Positions 1 to 7,060 of a stretch of 19,035 nucleotides of DNA are shown one piece after another. Within the stretch, counting starts at the first letter, position 1, and each line of letters starts with the position of its first letter. The position numbers were made by a program, and so were the translations under genes. Location: the NCBI GenBank assembly GCA_035286785.1, contig DATECS010000365.1, positions 1 to 19,035 of the forward strand, written 5' to 3'. The notes under the pieces are model-generated. The model made no database searches. It saw only the letters and a program-made list of their open reading frames with translations, and was not told the origin of the DNA. The stretch is from Thermoguttaceae bacterium (GTDB lineage: Bacteria; Planctomycetota; Planctomycetia; Pirellulales; Thermoguttaceae).

Positions 1-136
1 CTTTTCAAAAAGGAACCATTTCCTCCTAACGGAAACGCCCACAAGCGTTTGAAGTAATCGCCGCCCTCGTTTCCCATCGCACTTTTTGTAAAATTAACAC
101 GTATAGATGTGGGTAAACTTAAGGTCCAGACGCACC

Positions 137-1846
137 CTACGGTTTCTCGCCATCCATGAGGGAGTCGGCGTCGGGCACGTCGAGGTTGTAGCCGTCGTCG
201 TCGGGATCGGCGGGCTTGTTATGCGCGGCCGGCGAGGCGACCGGTTCGGCGGCGGTTTTTGCGTTCTCCTTATGGTCGCCGTTCGGTTTGACCGAATGGA
301 ATCGGGCCAGCGTTTCGGGGATCTCGATTCCCCCGATGTCCTTCATCACCTGGAGCATCGGCGGAAGCGTTCGGGCCATGTTTTGCAGCCAGTCGGACGT
401 GGCGCTCTTGCCGTTGCCGCCGCCTTCCCAGACGACCACCTTGTCGAATTTGATGTTCGCGATGGCCTTGGCCGAAGCGTCGACCAGATTGTCGAAGTGT
501 TCGAGCATGAGCAGTTGGAAGGCCTCTTGCGAGCCGCCGCAGGCGTTGATGATTTCGCGGAGACCTTGGCCCTTCTTGGCCAGGATTTCGTATTGGCCGC
601 GGGCTTCCGCTTCGAGCTGGGCGAAAATGGCGGACGCCTGGCCTTGGGCTTCGATGCGGCGGCGCTCGGCTTCGGCCTCGGCTTCGACGATCGTGCGGGC
701 CTTCTGGGCGATGGCCGGCGCTTCGAGTTCGGCGCGCTGCTTGGCTTCGACTCGTTTGGCCTCGGCCAGGGCGGCCTTGGCCTGGGCCAGGTGCCCGGCC
801 TCGATGACGGCGGCCTGAGCTTCGACCTTCTTGGTTTCGCCCAACTGATAGGCGGTGGCTTCCTTGACGTGCAGTTCGGCCATGGAGGAGGCTACGGCCG
901 CCTTGGCCGTGTTTTCGCCCTCGATAGCCCGGGCGTCGGCGTCAGCCAGCTCGATGCGCATGTCGCGTTCGGCCTGTTTCACCTGGGCCTGTCGCTGGAA
1001 AGCGGCCGTCTGCTCGCCGACTTGCTGCTCCTTGTCGAGTTCCGCCACGCGGACGGCCTGTTCGCGCAGGGCCTCGCGGGTGCCGATTTCGCGGAGCTTC
1101 GTTGCGCTGGCCACTTGAACGTCCTGTTCGCGCTGGGCGTCGGCCACGCGGATCGCGCCCATCTTCTCGTTGTCGGCCACGTCGCCGCGGGCCTTCTGGA
1201 TGGCCTCGGAGGCCGCCTTGCGGCCGATCGCCTCGATGTAGCCCGATTCGTCGGTGATGTCGGTGATATTGACGTTGATCAGCACGAGTCCGATTTTGCG
1301 CAACTCGACTTCGAGCGAATCCTGGATGTTGATGAGGAATTTGTCGCGGTCGCGGTTGATGTCCTCGATCTTCATCGAGGCGATCACCTGGCGGAGCTGG
1401 CCGAAGATGATGTCGGCCGCTTGTTTTTCGATCTCCTGAACCGAAAGGCCCAAGAGACGGATGGCCGCGTTTTGCATCAACTCGGGCGTGGTGCCGATGG
1501 CCACGGTGAACACACTGGGCACGTTCACCCGGATGTTTTCGATCGACAGGGCGTCGCGCAGCGGGATGGCGATCTGCATCGGTTCCAGACCCAGCTTGGC
1601 GTAGTCCTGGAACAACGGGACGACGAACGTCGCCCCGCCGTGGATGCATCGGGCCGCGTGGCCCGTGTTACGAGTCTTTCCATAGATGACGAGAATCTCG
1701 TTGCTAGCGCATCGCTTGTAGAACCGGGCGACGAACATCAGGAACGTCGCAAAGCCCATGGCGGCCAGGACGAAGATCAAAGCAAGCCACTGGCCGGTCG
1801 TCAGGTCGGAGATCGCTCCCAAGAGTGCCGGGTGCATCGTGTTCAT
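137..1846 (-). CDS. floT: Flotillin-like SPFH/band-7 membrane protein (YqiK/FloT family)
   Basis: 569-aa ORF. It has an N-terminal hydrophobic anchor (WLALIFVLAAMGFATFLMFV), then an SPFH-like region and a long Ala/Glu/Gln-rich coiled-coil segment typical of bacterial flotillins. The ATG at 1846 follows a GAAAGG SD-like motif on the minus strand. The gene lies directly downstream of an NfeD-like gene, as in yqiJ-yqiK and yuaF-floT operons. Confidence 0.85.
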   Translation of the reverse strand: MNTMHPALLGAISDLTTGQWLALIFVLAAMGFATFLMFVARFYKRCASNEILVIYGKTRNTGHAARCIHGGATFVVPLFQDYAKLGLEPMQIAIPLRDALSIENIRVNVPSVFTVAIGTTPELMQNAAIRLLGLSVQEIEKQAADIIFGQLRQVIASMKIEDINRDRDKFLINIQDSLEVELRKIGLVLINVNITDITDESGYIEAIGRKAASEAIQKARGDVADNEKMGAIRVADAQREQDVQVASATKLREIGTREALREQAVRVAELDKEQQVGEQTAAFQRQAQVKQAERDMRIELADADARAIEGENTAKAAVASSMAELHVKEATAYQLGETKKVEAQAAVIEAGHLAQAKAALAEAKRVEAKQRAELEAPAIAQKARTIVEAEAEAERRRIEAQGQASAIFAQLEAEARGQYEILAKKGQGLREIINACGGSQEAFQLLMLEHFDNLVDASAKAIANIKFDKVVVWEGGGNGKSATSDWLQNMARTLPPMLQVMKDIGGIEIPETLARFHSVKPNGDHKENAKTAAEPVASPAAHNKPADPDDDGYNLDVPDADSLMDGEKP

Positions 1847-1908
1847 GGTTGTTGCCTTTCGGATTGCGGAAGGGGATGGCTTGCTTGGGTGAAGGGGACA
1901 GTCCCCGG

Positions 1909-2562
1909 TTATTCGGGCTCTTCCAGCGCCGGCTCGACCTCCAGGGTGTCGGAGGAAATCACGGCGCCGACGATGATCTTAGTGCCGGGCTTCAGCAGGT
2001 GGCCCGGCGTGACGGCCAGGTACTCCATGGTGCGTCCCTGCAAGTTGACTTGGATCTTGCCTGTCCCGACGGCTTCGGCGGGAATGGTCGTGTAGACGGT
2101 TCCCGTGCGGCCGACGGTGCCGGTGATGTGGGCCGTTCCTTCGGCCCGCAGCGACATGAGGCCCCGCATGATCCAGTAGACGCCGAACATGGCGGCCAGC
2201 CCGGCCGCCGCCGCGATGGCCAGCGTGGGCAGCGTTGCGATCTCGGCCGATTGGGCCGCGAGTCCCGCCAGCCCAAAAAACGCCAGCGCCGCGACGACTG
2301 TGCGGAACGAAATCACGGTGAACAACCAGGACGAATCGAGATGATGGGCGTGCTCTGGCAGGCCGGAGTCGTGCATGCCCGCGTCGGCGTGGAAATCGCC
2401 GCCGAAATGCGCGTCGGCACCCGCGTCGACGTCCAGGTCGCCGGGGACGTCGAAATCCAGCGCATGGGCGCCGAAACCGACCAGCGCGAGGACGAACTGC
2501 ACGACCATCACCGCGCCGCCCAATGCCGCACAGACGACAAACACCGCAGTCATCATAATCAT
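1909..2562 (-). CDS. NfeD-like (YqiJ/YuaF-type) membrane protein, flotillin operon partner
   Basis: The ORF runs 1909..2646. I chose the internal Met (MIMMTAVFVV...) at 2562, which follows AGGGGG. There are three predicted TM helices, a His/Asp-rich loop (DAHFGGDFHADAGMHDSGLPEHAHH) and a C-terminal beta-rich soluble domain (GTVGRTGTVYTT...KIQVNLQGRTMEY) consistent with an NfeD OB-fold. It sits 60 nt upstream of the flotillin gene. Confidence 0.65.
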   Translation of the reverse strand: MIMMTAVFVVCAALGGAVMVVQFVLALVGFGAHALDFDVPGDLDVDAGADAHFGGDFHADAGMHDSGLPEHAHHLDSSWLFTVISFRTVVAALAFFGLAGLAAQSAEIATLPTLAIAAAAGLAAMFGVYWIMRGLMSLRAEGTAHITGTVGRTGTVYTTIPAEAVGTGKIQVNLQGRTMEYLAVTPGHLLKPGTKIIVGAVISSDTLEVEPALEEPE

Positions 2563-2804
2563 CACCCCCTGATGGATTTCTCGACGAGTGTTCTTGCGAT
2601 GGTATTCGCTTGATCCGAGACAATATTGAGTCGGCGGACCCCACACCGGAGAACTAAATCATGGTAACCGATGGGACGATGCTTGGCAATTTGGCTAACG
2701 GCGTCGCCGCGTTACCATGCTTCCTGGGAGCTTTTTGGTGGTAGTTGTCAGGGGGGAGGCACTGCGTCATAATGACCACCATTGTGAAACTCCACCAAGA
2801 GTGG

Positions 2805-2891
2805 GGTTAGCCGTCGAGCCTGCTCGACGTGACGCACCGGTTAGCCGTCGAGCCTGCTCGACGTGACGCCGGGCAGGCCCGGCGGCTAACG
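2805..2891 (+). repeat. Left REP cluster: two REP hairpin units plus a GC palindrome tail (87 bp), a direct repeat of 3511..3597
   Basis: The sequence is GGTTAGCCGTCGAGCCTGCTCGACGTGACGCACC, then a second unit ending GACGCC, then GGGCAGGCCCGGCGGCTAACG. Each unit has a 7-8 bp stem (CGTCGAGC/GCTCGACG). The tail has GCCGGG/CCCGGC, and CGGCTAAC is the complement of GTTAGCCG. The 87 bp are near-identical to 3511..3597, with two mismatches. Confidence 0.85.
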
Positions 2892-2914
2892 GGATATTGC
2901 GACATGGGGGTGTC

Positions 2915-3487
2915 ATGGCTATTGCTTATCACGTTGTCTTTGGCTGCTATGGATTCTGGCTTCCCAACGACCCTCGGGGTTCGTGGTCAAAGCACGTTTA
3001 TTCACGGCAACTTCAAGCCTTTGGCGAGGCGACGACAGTGCATACAAGCGACAGCGTTGCGCACGTTCCTCATGACCATGCGAAGCGGCTGGCCGCGAAA
3101 TCGGCCTTGATGTATCCGGCCGTGCGGTTGTCAATGCGGCAAGTTGAGGCGACAGCTCGGGGATTTGCCCAAGCGAGCAGTGAGGCGGACACGAGAGTCT
3201 ATGCTTGTGCAATCATGCCGGATCACGTTCACCTTGTTATCGGCGAGCGTGGGCAAGACATGGACAATCTCGTTGGTCGATTCAAGAGCAGGGCAACGAA
3301 GCAACTTCAGGCTGAAGAAATTCACCCTCTGAACGGAAAACATACACCCTGGGCGAGATCATACTGGAAGGTCTATTTGGACGACGATGAGGATGTGCGG
3401 GAGGCTATCGAATACGTTGTGAATAATCCGGTACGTGATGGCGGCGCGAGACAGCATTGGTCGTTTGTCATTTCGCTGGGCGGTTAG
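2915..3487 (+). CDS. rayT: REP-associated tyrosine transposase (RAYT / TnpA-REP, IS200-like Y1 HuH transposase)
   Basis: 190 aa. The N-terminus (MAIAYHVVFGCYGFWLPNDPRGSW) is IS200/RAYT-like. HuH motif: PDHVHLVIG. C-terminal catalytic Tyr motif: IEYVVNNPVRDG, matching the RAYT signature Y-[IV]-x-x-NPV. The ATG at 2915 follows GGGGG. The TAG stop at 3485-3487 lies inside the first downstream REP unit. Confidence 0.85.
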   Translation: MAIAYHVVFGCYGFWLPNDPRGSWSKHVYSRQLQAFGEATTVHTSDSVAHVPHDHAKRLAAKSALMYPAVRLSMRQVEATARGFAQASSEADTRVYACAIMPDHVHLVIGERGQDMDNLVGRFKSRATKQLQAEEIHPLNGKHTPWARSYWKVYLDDDEDVREAIEYVVNNPVRDGGARQHWSFVISLGG

Positions 3488-3597
3488 CCGTCGAGCCCGA
3501 TCGACACAACCGTTAGCCGTCGAGCCTGCTCGATGTGACGCACCGGTTAGCCGTCGAGCCTGCTCGACGTGACGCCGGGCAGGCCCGGCGGCTAACG
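3482..3597 (+). repeat. Right REP cluster: one degenerate and two intact REP units plus the GC palindrome tail
   Basis: Unit a (3482..3510, GGTTAGCCGTCGAGCCCGATCGACACAACC) is degenerate. Units b and c plus the tail (3511..3597) repeat the left cluster in the same orientation. The cluster ends 32 nt before the comEC ATG. Confidence 0.85.
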
Positions 3598-3628
3598 ATT
3601 GTTTGGATGGGTGCATGGGACCGCGATC

Positions 3629-6118
3629 ATGACCGTTGATTACCGCCAGCCCTCGAAATCCCGCCGGCGCTATCAACCGCTGCTGGTCGTGCTCGGGGCC
3701 GTTTGTCCGGGGATATTGATCGATCGGTACGTCGGTCTGGGATTGACGGTTTGGTGGGGTTTGGCGGCGGCAAGTGGTCTGGGGTGGGTGGTTCTTTGGC
3801 GGTTGCGAAAAGACCGGGCCGCTTGCGTGCTGCTGTTGCTCGCCGCCGGGGCCGCGATGGGAGGGTGGCACCATTTGTGGTGGTCGCGGTTCGAGGCGAA
3901 CGACCTGGGCTGCTTCACCCGGGACACAGCTCAACCGGTTTGCGTCGAGGCCCGGGTCGTCAAAGGCAGCCGCCGCTTGCCCGCGGTCGAATACGATCCG
4001 ATGCGGATCATGCCGCAGAGCGATCGGACACAGTTGGAGCTTTGGGTCGAGCGGATACGCGACGGGACCGACTGGCGACCGGCGTCGGGGCGGGCCACGC
4101 TGCTGGTCGAAGGGCATTTGCTGGACGTTCACGCGGGCGATCGGGTCCGTGTGTTCGGCCAGTTGACCGCGCCGCGGACGGCACACAACCCAGGCGAATT
4201 CGACCGGGCCGAGTATCTGCGCGGCAATCGGGTCCGCGCCACGCTTCGGGCCGAGTGTCCGCAGTGCGTCACGATGATCGCCCGGGGTGGGCCGTGGCGT
4301 CCGCGGCGATGGCTGGAGCGCGTTCAGGACGGCGCGAGCGGCGTGCTCTGGCGGCAGTTGAACTCGCGTCACGCGGGACTGGGGTCGGCGCTTCTCTTGG
4401 GTACCCGGGAAGACCTCGGTCCGACGCAGTCGATGGCCTTTCTAGAGACGGGCATGGCCCATCTGCTGGCTATCTCGGGCCTGAACGTGGGCATTGTGGT
4501 GCTGGTTATGGCGTGGGTGCTCCGGTTTTTGCGAGTTCCACACGTGCCGGCGATTGTGTTGGTGGCCGCTACGGCGGTGAGTTATGCCATTCTAACGGGC
4601 TCCCAACCCCCAGTGGTGCGCGCTGCAATCCTTGTAGTAGTGCTGCTGGTTGGCGTTGTGTCGGGACGTCATCCAGCAAGGTTCAATTCCCTAGCCGCAG
4701 CGGGACTGATCATTTTAGCACTGAACCCAACCGATCTGTTTCGCGTCGGCACGCAACTTTCGTTTTTAGCCGTGGCGGTGTTGATGTGGATCGCGCCGAA
4801 TTGGATCGGCTCGTGGAAATCGAATCCTCCACTCGAACGGCTGATCAAAGCCAATCGCCCTTGGTGGAGACGATGGACGCGAAGTTTCTTGTGTCGGACG
4901 TGGAATATCATCGTTGTGAGTGGAGCAGTCTGGCTTGTGGTCTCACCCCTGGTGGCCGCTCACTTTCATTTGATATCACCGATCGCCATCCTGCTGAACG
5001 CGTTCCTTTTGATTCCTATCACAGTGGCACTATGCAGCGGTTTCGCGGTGATTCTGTTGGGCTGGCTCATTCCGCCATTGGGCGTTGCGATAGGATGGGT
5101 ATGCAATGTGAATCTGGCGTTCGTGGATTGGATGATTAGCCTCGCCCAAAAATTCCCGCCAGGCCATTTCTGGGCACCGGGCCCAGCCGAGTGGTGGCTT
5201 TGGGGATTTTACGGCGGGTTGTTTTTGGTTGCCGTGGCGGGGCGGTGGCGACCACCGCGACGGTGGATCGCGGCGCTGGCGGTCGGATGGATTGGCGTGG
5301 GGTTGTTGTGCGGCTGCTGGGACGGGCGGTCGCGGCGCTTGGAGTGTACGTTCCTCGCCGTGGGGCACGGGCTGGCGGTTTTGATCGAGTTGCCCGACGG
5401 GGGAACCGTGTTGTACGACGCGGGCAGTCTTGGCGAACCGGAGACCGTGGCTCGGTCGATCGCCGGTTGCCTCTGGGAGAAGGGGATCACGCGGATCGAC
5501 GCGGTCGTGGTGTCGCACGCCGACGCGGATCATTACAACGCGCTGCCGGGCTTGTTGCGGCGGTTTCGGGTGGGGGCCGTTTATGTCTCGCCCGAAATGC
5601 CGCTTGACCGCAATCAGTCGTTGGCCGCCTTGCACGAGGCGATTGTGACGGCCGGCGTTCCGATTCGAGAATTGGATGCCGATGATCGGCTGGTTGACGC
5701 GGCGGGCTGCACCGTCGAAGTGCTCCATCCGGCGCGGCATGACTCGCCCGTCAGCGACAACGCGACGAGCGTCGTCCTGCTGGTCGAGTACGCCGGGCGG
5801 CGAATCCTGTTGCCGGGCGACCTGGAGTTGTCGGGCCTGGATGATTTGCTGGCCGAGGAGCCGATCGACTGCGACGTGCTTTTGGTTCCCCATCACGGCA
5901 GCCGGCAAAGCAGCCCGCCGGGCCTGATCGCTTGGAGCCGGCCCGAGGCGGCCGTGGTCAGCGGCAGCCTGGCCCGAGACCCGGAGGCGACCGAGGCGGC
6001 ATATCGGGAGGCGGGGGTCCGGGTTTTGCACACGGGCCGGGAGGGAGCGGTGGGAGTGGGGGTCGGGGGGCGAGGGACGGGGGATGGGGCGGTGGAGGTT
6101 TGGGGATTTAGAGATTAG
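3629..6118 (+). CDS. comEC: DNA internalization competence protein ComEC/Rec2 with C-terminal metallo-beta-lactamase domain
   Basis: The ORF runs 3599..6118. I take ATG 3629 as the likely start (GTG 3611 is an alternative). The central region is multi-pass, hydrophobic and ComEC-like (LLLGTREDLGPTQSMAFLETGMAHLLAISGLNVGIV). The C-terminal MBL fold has the motif SHADADHYNALPGL and later LLVPHHGS. Confidence 0.85.
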   Translation: MTVDYRQPSKSRRRYQPLLVVLGAVCPGILIDRYVGLGLTVWWGLAAASGLGWVVLWRLRKDRAACVLLLLAAGAAMGGWHHLWWSRFEANDLGCFTRDTAQPVCVEARVVKGSRRLPAVEYDPMRIMPQSDRTQLELWVERIRDGTDWRPASGRATLLVEGHLLDVHAGDRVRVFGQLTAPRTAHNPGEFDRAEYLRGNRVRATLRAECPQCVTMIARGGPWRPRRWLERVQDGASGVLWRQLNSRHAGLGSALLLGTREDLGPTQSMAFLETGMAHLLAISGLNVGIVVLVMAWVLRFLRVPHVPAIVLVAATAVSYAILTGSQPPVVRAAILVVVLLVGVVSGRHPARFNSLAAAGLIILALNPTDLFRVGTQLSFLAVAVLMWIAPNWIGSWKSNPPLERLIKANRPWWRRWTRSFLCRTWNIIVVSGAVWLVVSPLVAAHFHLISPIAILLNAFLLIPITVALCSGFAVILLGWLIPPLGVAIGWVCNVNLAFVDWMISLAQKFPPGHFWAPGPAEWWLWGFYGGLFLVAVAGRWRPPRRWIAALAVGWIGVGLLCGCWDGRSRRLECTFLAVGHGLAVLIELPDGGTVLYDAGSLGEPETVARSIAGCLWEKGITRIDAVVVSHADADHYNALPGLLRRFRVGAVYVSPEMPLDRNQSLAALHEAIVTAGVPIRELDADDRLVDAAGCTVEVLHPARHDSPVSDNATSVVLLVEYAGRRILLPGDLELSGLDDLLAEEPIDCDVLLVPHHGSRQSSPPGLIAWSRPEAAVVSGSLARDPEATEAAYREAGVRVLHTGREGAVGVGVGGRGTGDGAVEVWGFRD

Positions 6119-6180
6119 GTATTTAGGGAATGGCGTATTATTGTAAGTGCTTATTTTACAAAGTGTTAGAACGTAGATTC

Positions 6181-6210
6181 TTGACCCTCGCTAGCGCTTC
6201 GGGTTAGCAT
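6181..6210 (+). promoter_or_regulatory. Candidate sigma-70-like promoter for rpsO (TTGACC-N18-TAGCAT)
   Basis: TTGACC at 6181-6186 and TAGCAT at 6205-6210. This would put the CCAAATTC repeat tract in the 5' leader. It is a sequence match only. Confidence 0.25.
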
Positions 6211-6223
6211 GAGCTTGTTCTCC

Positions 6224-6255
6224 CCAAATTCCCAAATTCCCAAATCCTCAAATCC
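6224..6255 (+). repeat. Tandem octamer tract CCAAATTC x2, CCAAATCC, TCAAATCC in the rpsO leader
   Basis: Direct reading of the sequence. It belongs to the same family as the tracts at 11913..11961 and 16216..16244. Confidence 0.8.
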
Positions 6256-6453
6256 ATCCTCTGAAAACTGTCGTCCCGGCCCTGGGCTTGCCGATTACCC
6301 GTTGCATTGTCCGGCCGAGATGATACACTGACGTGCTTAGTGTAAGTTGGCAACGATTAAGCCTAGGTAGCAATTCTCGTAGAGACGGTAAGAGGATCGT
6401 GCTTCGGGAGAAGCGTCTTCGTGCCGGTTGACTTGGAGGAATCGCGGTAGCAG

Positions 6454-6723
6454 ATGACGATCACCAGAGAGCAAAAAACGGAAGTGATCGGCCAGTTCCG
6501 GCTGACGGACAACGACACCGGCAGCCCGGAGGTGCAGATCGCCATTCTGACGACTCGGATTAACGGGTTGACGTCGCATTTGCAGTCGCACCGCAAGGAT
6601 TTCGCGGGTCGCCGTGGTCTGCTCATGCTGGTGAGCCGCCGCCGCCGCTTGCTGGATTACCTGAGGAAAAACGATCCTCAGCGTTATCTGGACACGATCC
6701 ATCGCCTTGGGATCCGCAAGTAA
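6454..6723 (+). CDS. rpsO: 30S ribosomal protein S15
   Basis: 89 aa. [72 protein letters not shown] is an unmistakable S15 sequence. GGAGG at 6435-6439 lies upstream. The gene is followed by pnp, the conserved rpsO-pnp pair. Confidence 0.95.
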   Translation: MTITREQKTEVIGQFRLTDNDTGSPEVQIAILTTRINGLTSHLQSHRKDFAGRRGLLMLVSRRRRLLDYLRKNDPQRYLDTIHRLGIRK

Positions 6724-6738
6724 TCCCACGGCGTTGGT

Positions 6739-6784
6739 CCAGGGACGCCGCGCCAGACGCGAAGTCGCGGCACCGCGTCCCAGG
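6739..6784 (+). promoter_or_regulatory. Compound stem-loop in the rpsO-pnp intergenic region (possible rpsO terminator/processing stem or pnp leader structure)
   Basis: CCAGGGACGC (6739-6748) pairs with GCGTCCCAGG (6775-6784), with one mismatch. An inner GCCGCG/CGCGGC stem is present. There is no T-run, so it is not a canonical intrinsic terminator. Its position matches the RNase III-processed pnp leader of other bacteria. Confidence 0.35.
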
Positions 6785-7060
6785 GCGAATGACGCGCACG
6801 ACGACATTTCATCTCCCGCTTGTACCGCTCGGCTTGCCCGTGGCAGGACGCTCGTGAAAGAGTTGGCAATTGGTACTGACTTCCGGCGGTGCGGCGGGCG
6901 CCGCGGCTTATCGGCCGAGGCTGACTTTGGCGGCGCAATAGGGTCTCGCGTTGCGCGCCGTGCCCGGCGGGTACGGCATGAGCGAACGGGCCCCGAACGA
7001 ATCACAGGTTACAGAAATTGGTAAAAAGGGTAATTGGCAAGGTAAGGTAGGATTAGAACC

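Noticed and set aside
107-2095. Long plus-strand ORFs (107..2095, 1825..2613) antisense to the flotillin and nfeD genes
   Set aside because: These are Gly/Arg/Ala-rich low-complexity translations on the opposite strand of well-supported genes; they are typical shadow ORFs of high-GC DNA.
2805-3597. CRISPR array interpretation of the clustered palindromic repeats
   Set aside because: The units are contiguous with no unique spacers. They are about 32-bp palindromes matching REP architecture and flank a RAYT gene rather than a cas gene.
3359-6031. Minus-strand ORFs 3359..4372 and 5030..6031, and plus-strand out-of-frame ORFs 3703..5139 and 3774..4166
   Set aside because: They lie antisense to or out of frame with comEC, have Arg/Pro-rich composition and show no motifs.
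6119-6453. Search for tRNA or small RNA genes in the low-GC intergenic islands (6119-6453, 9176-9425, 11743-11961, 16056-16252)
   Set aside because: No cloverleaf-compatible sequence (conserved GTTC-R-A T-loop) was seen. The structure in these islands is accounted for by the repeat elements listed above.
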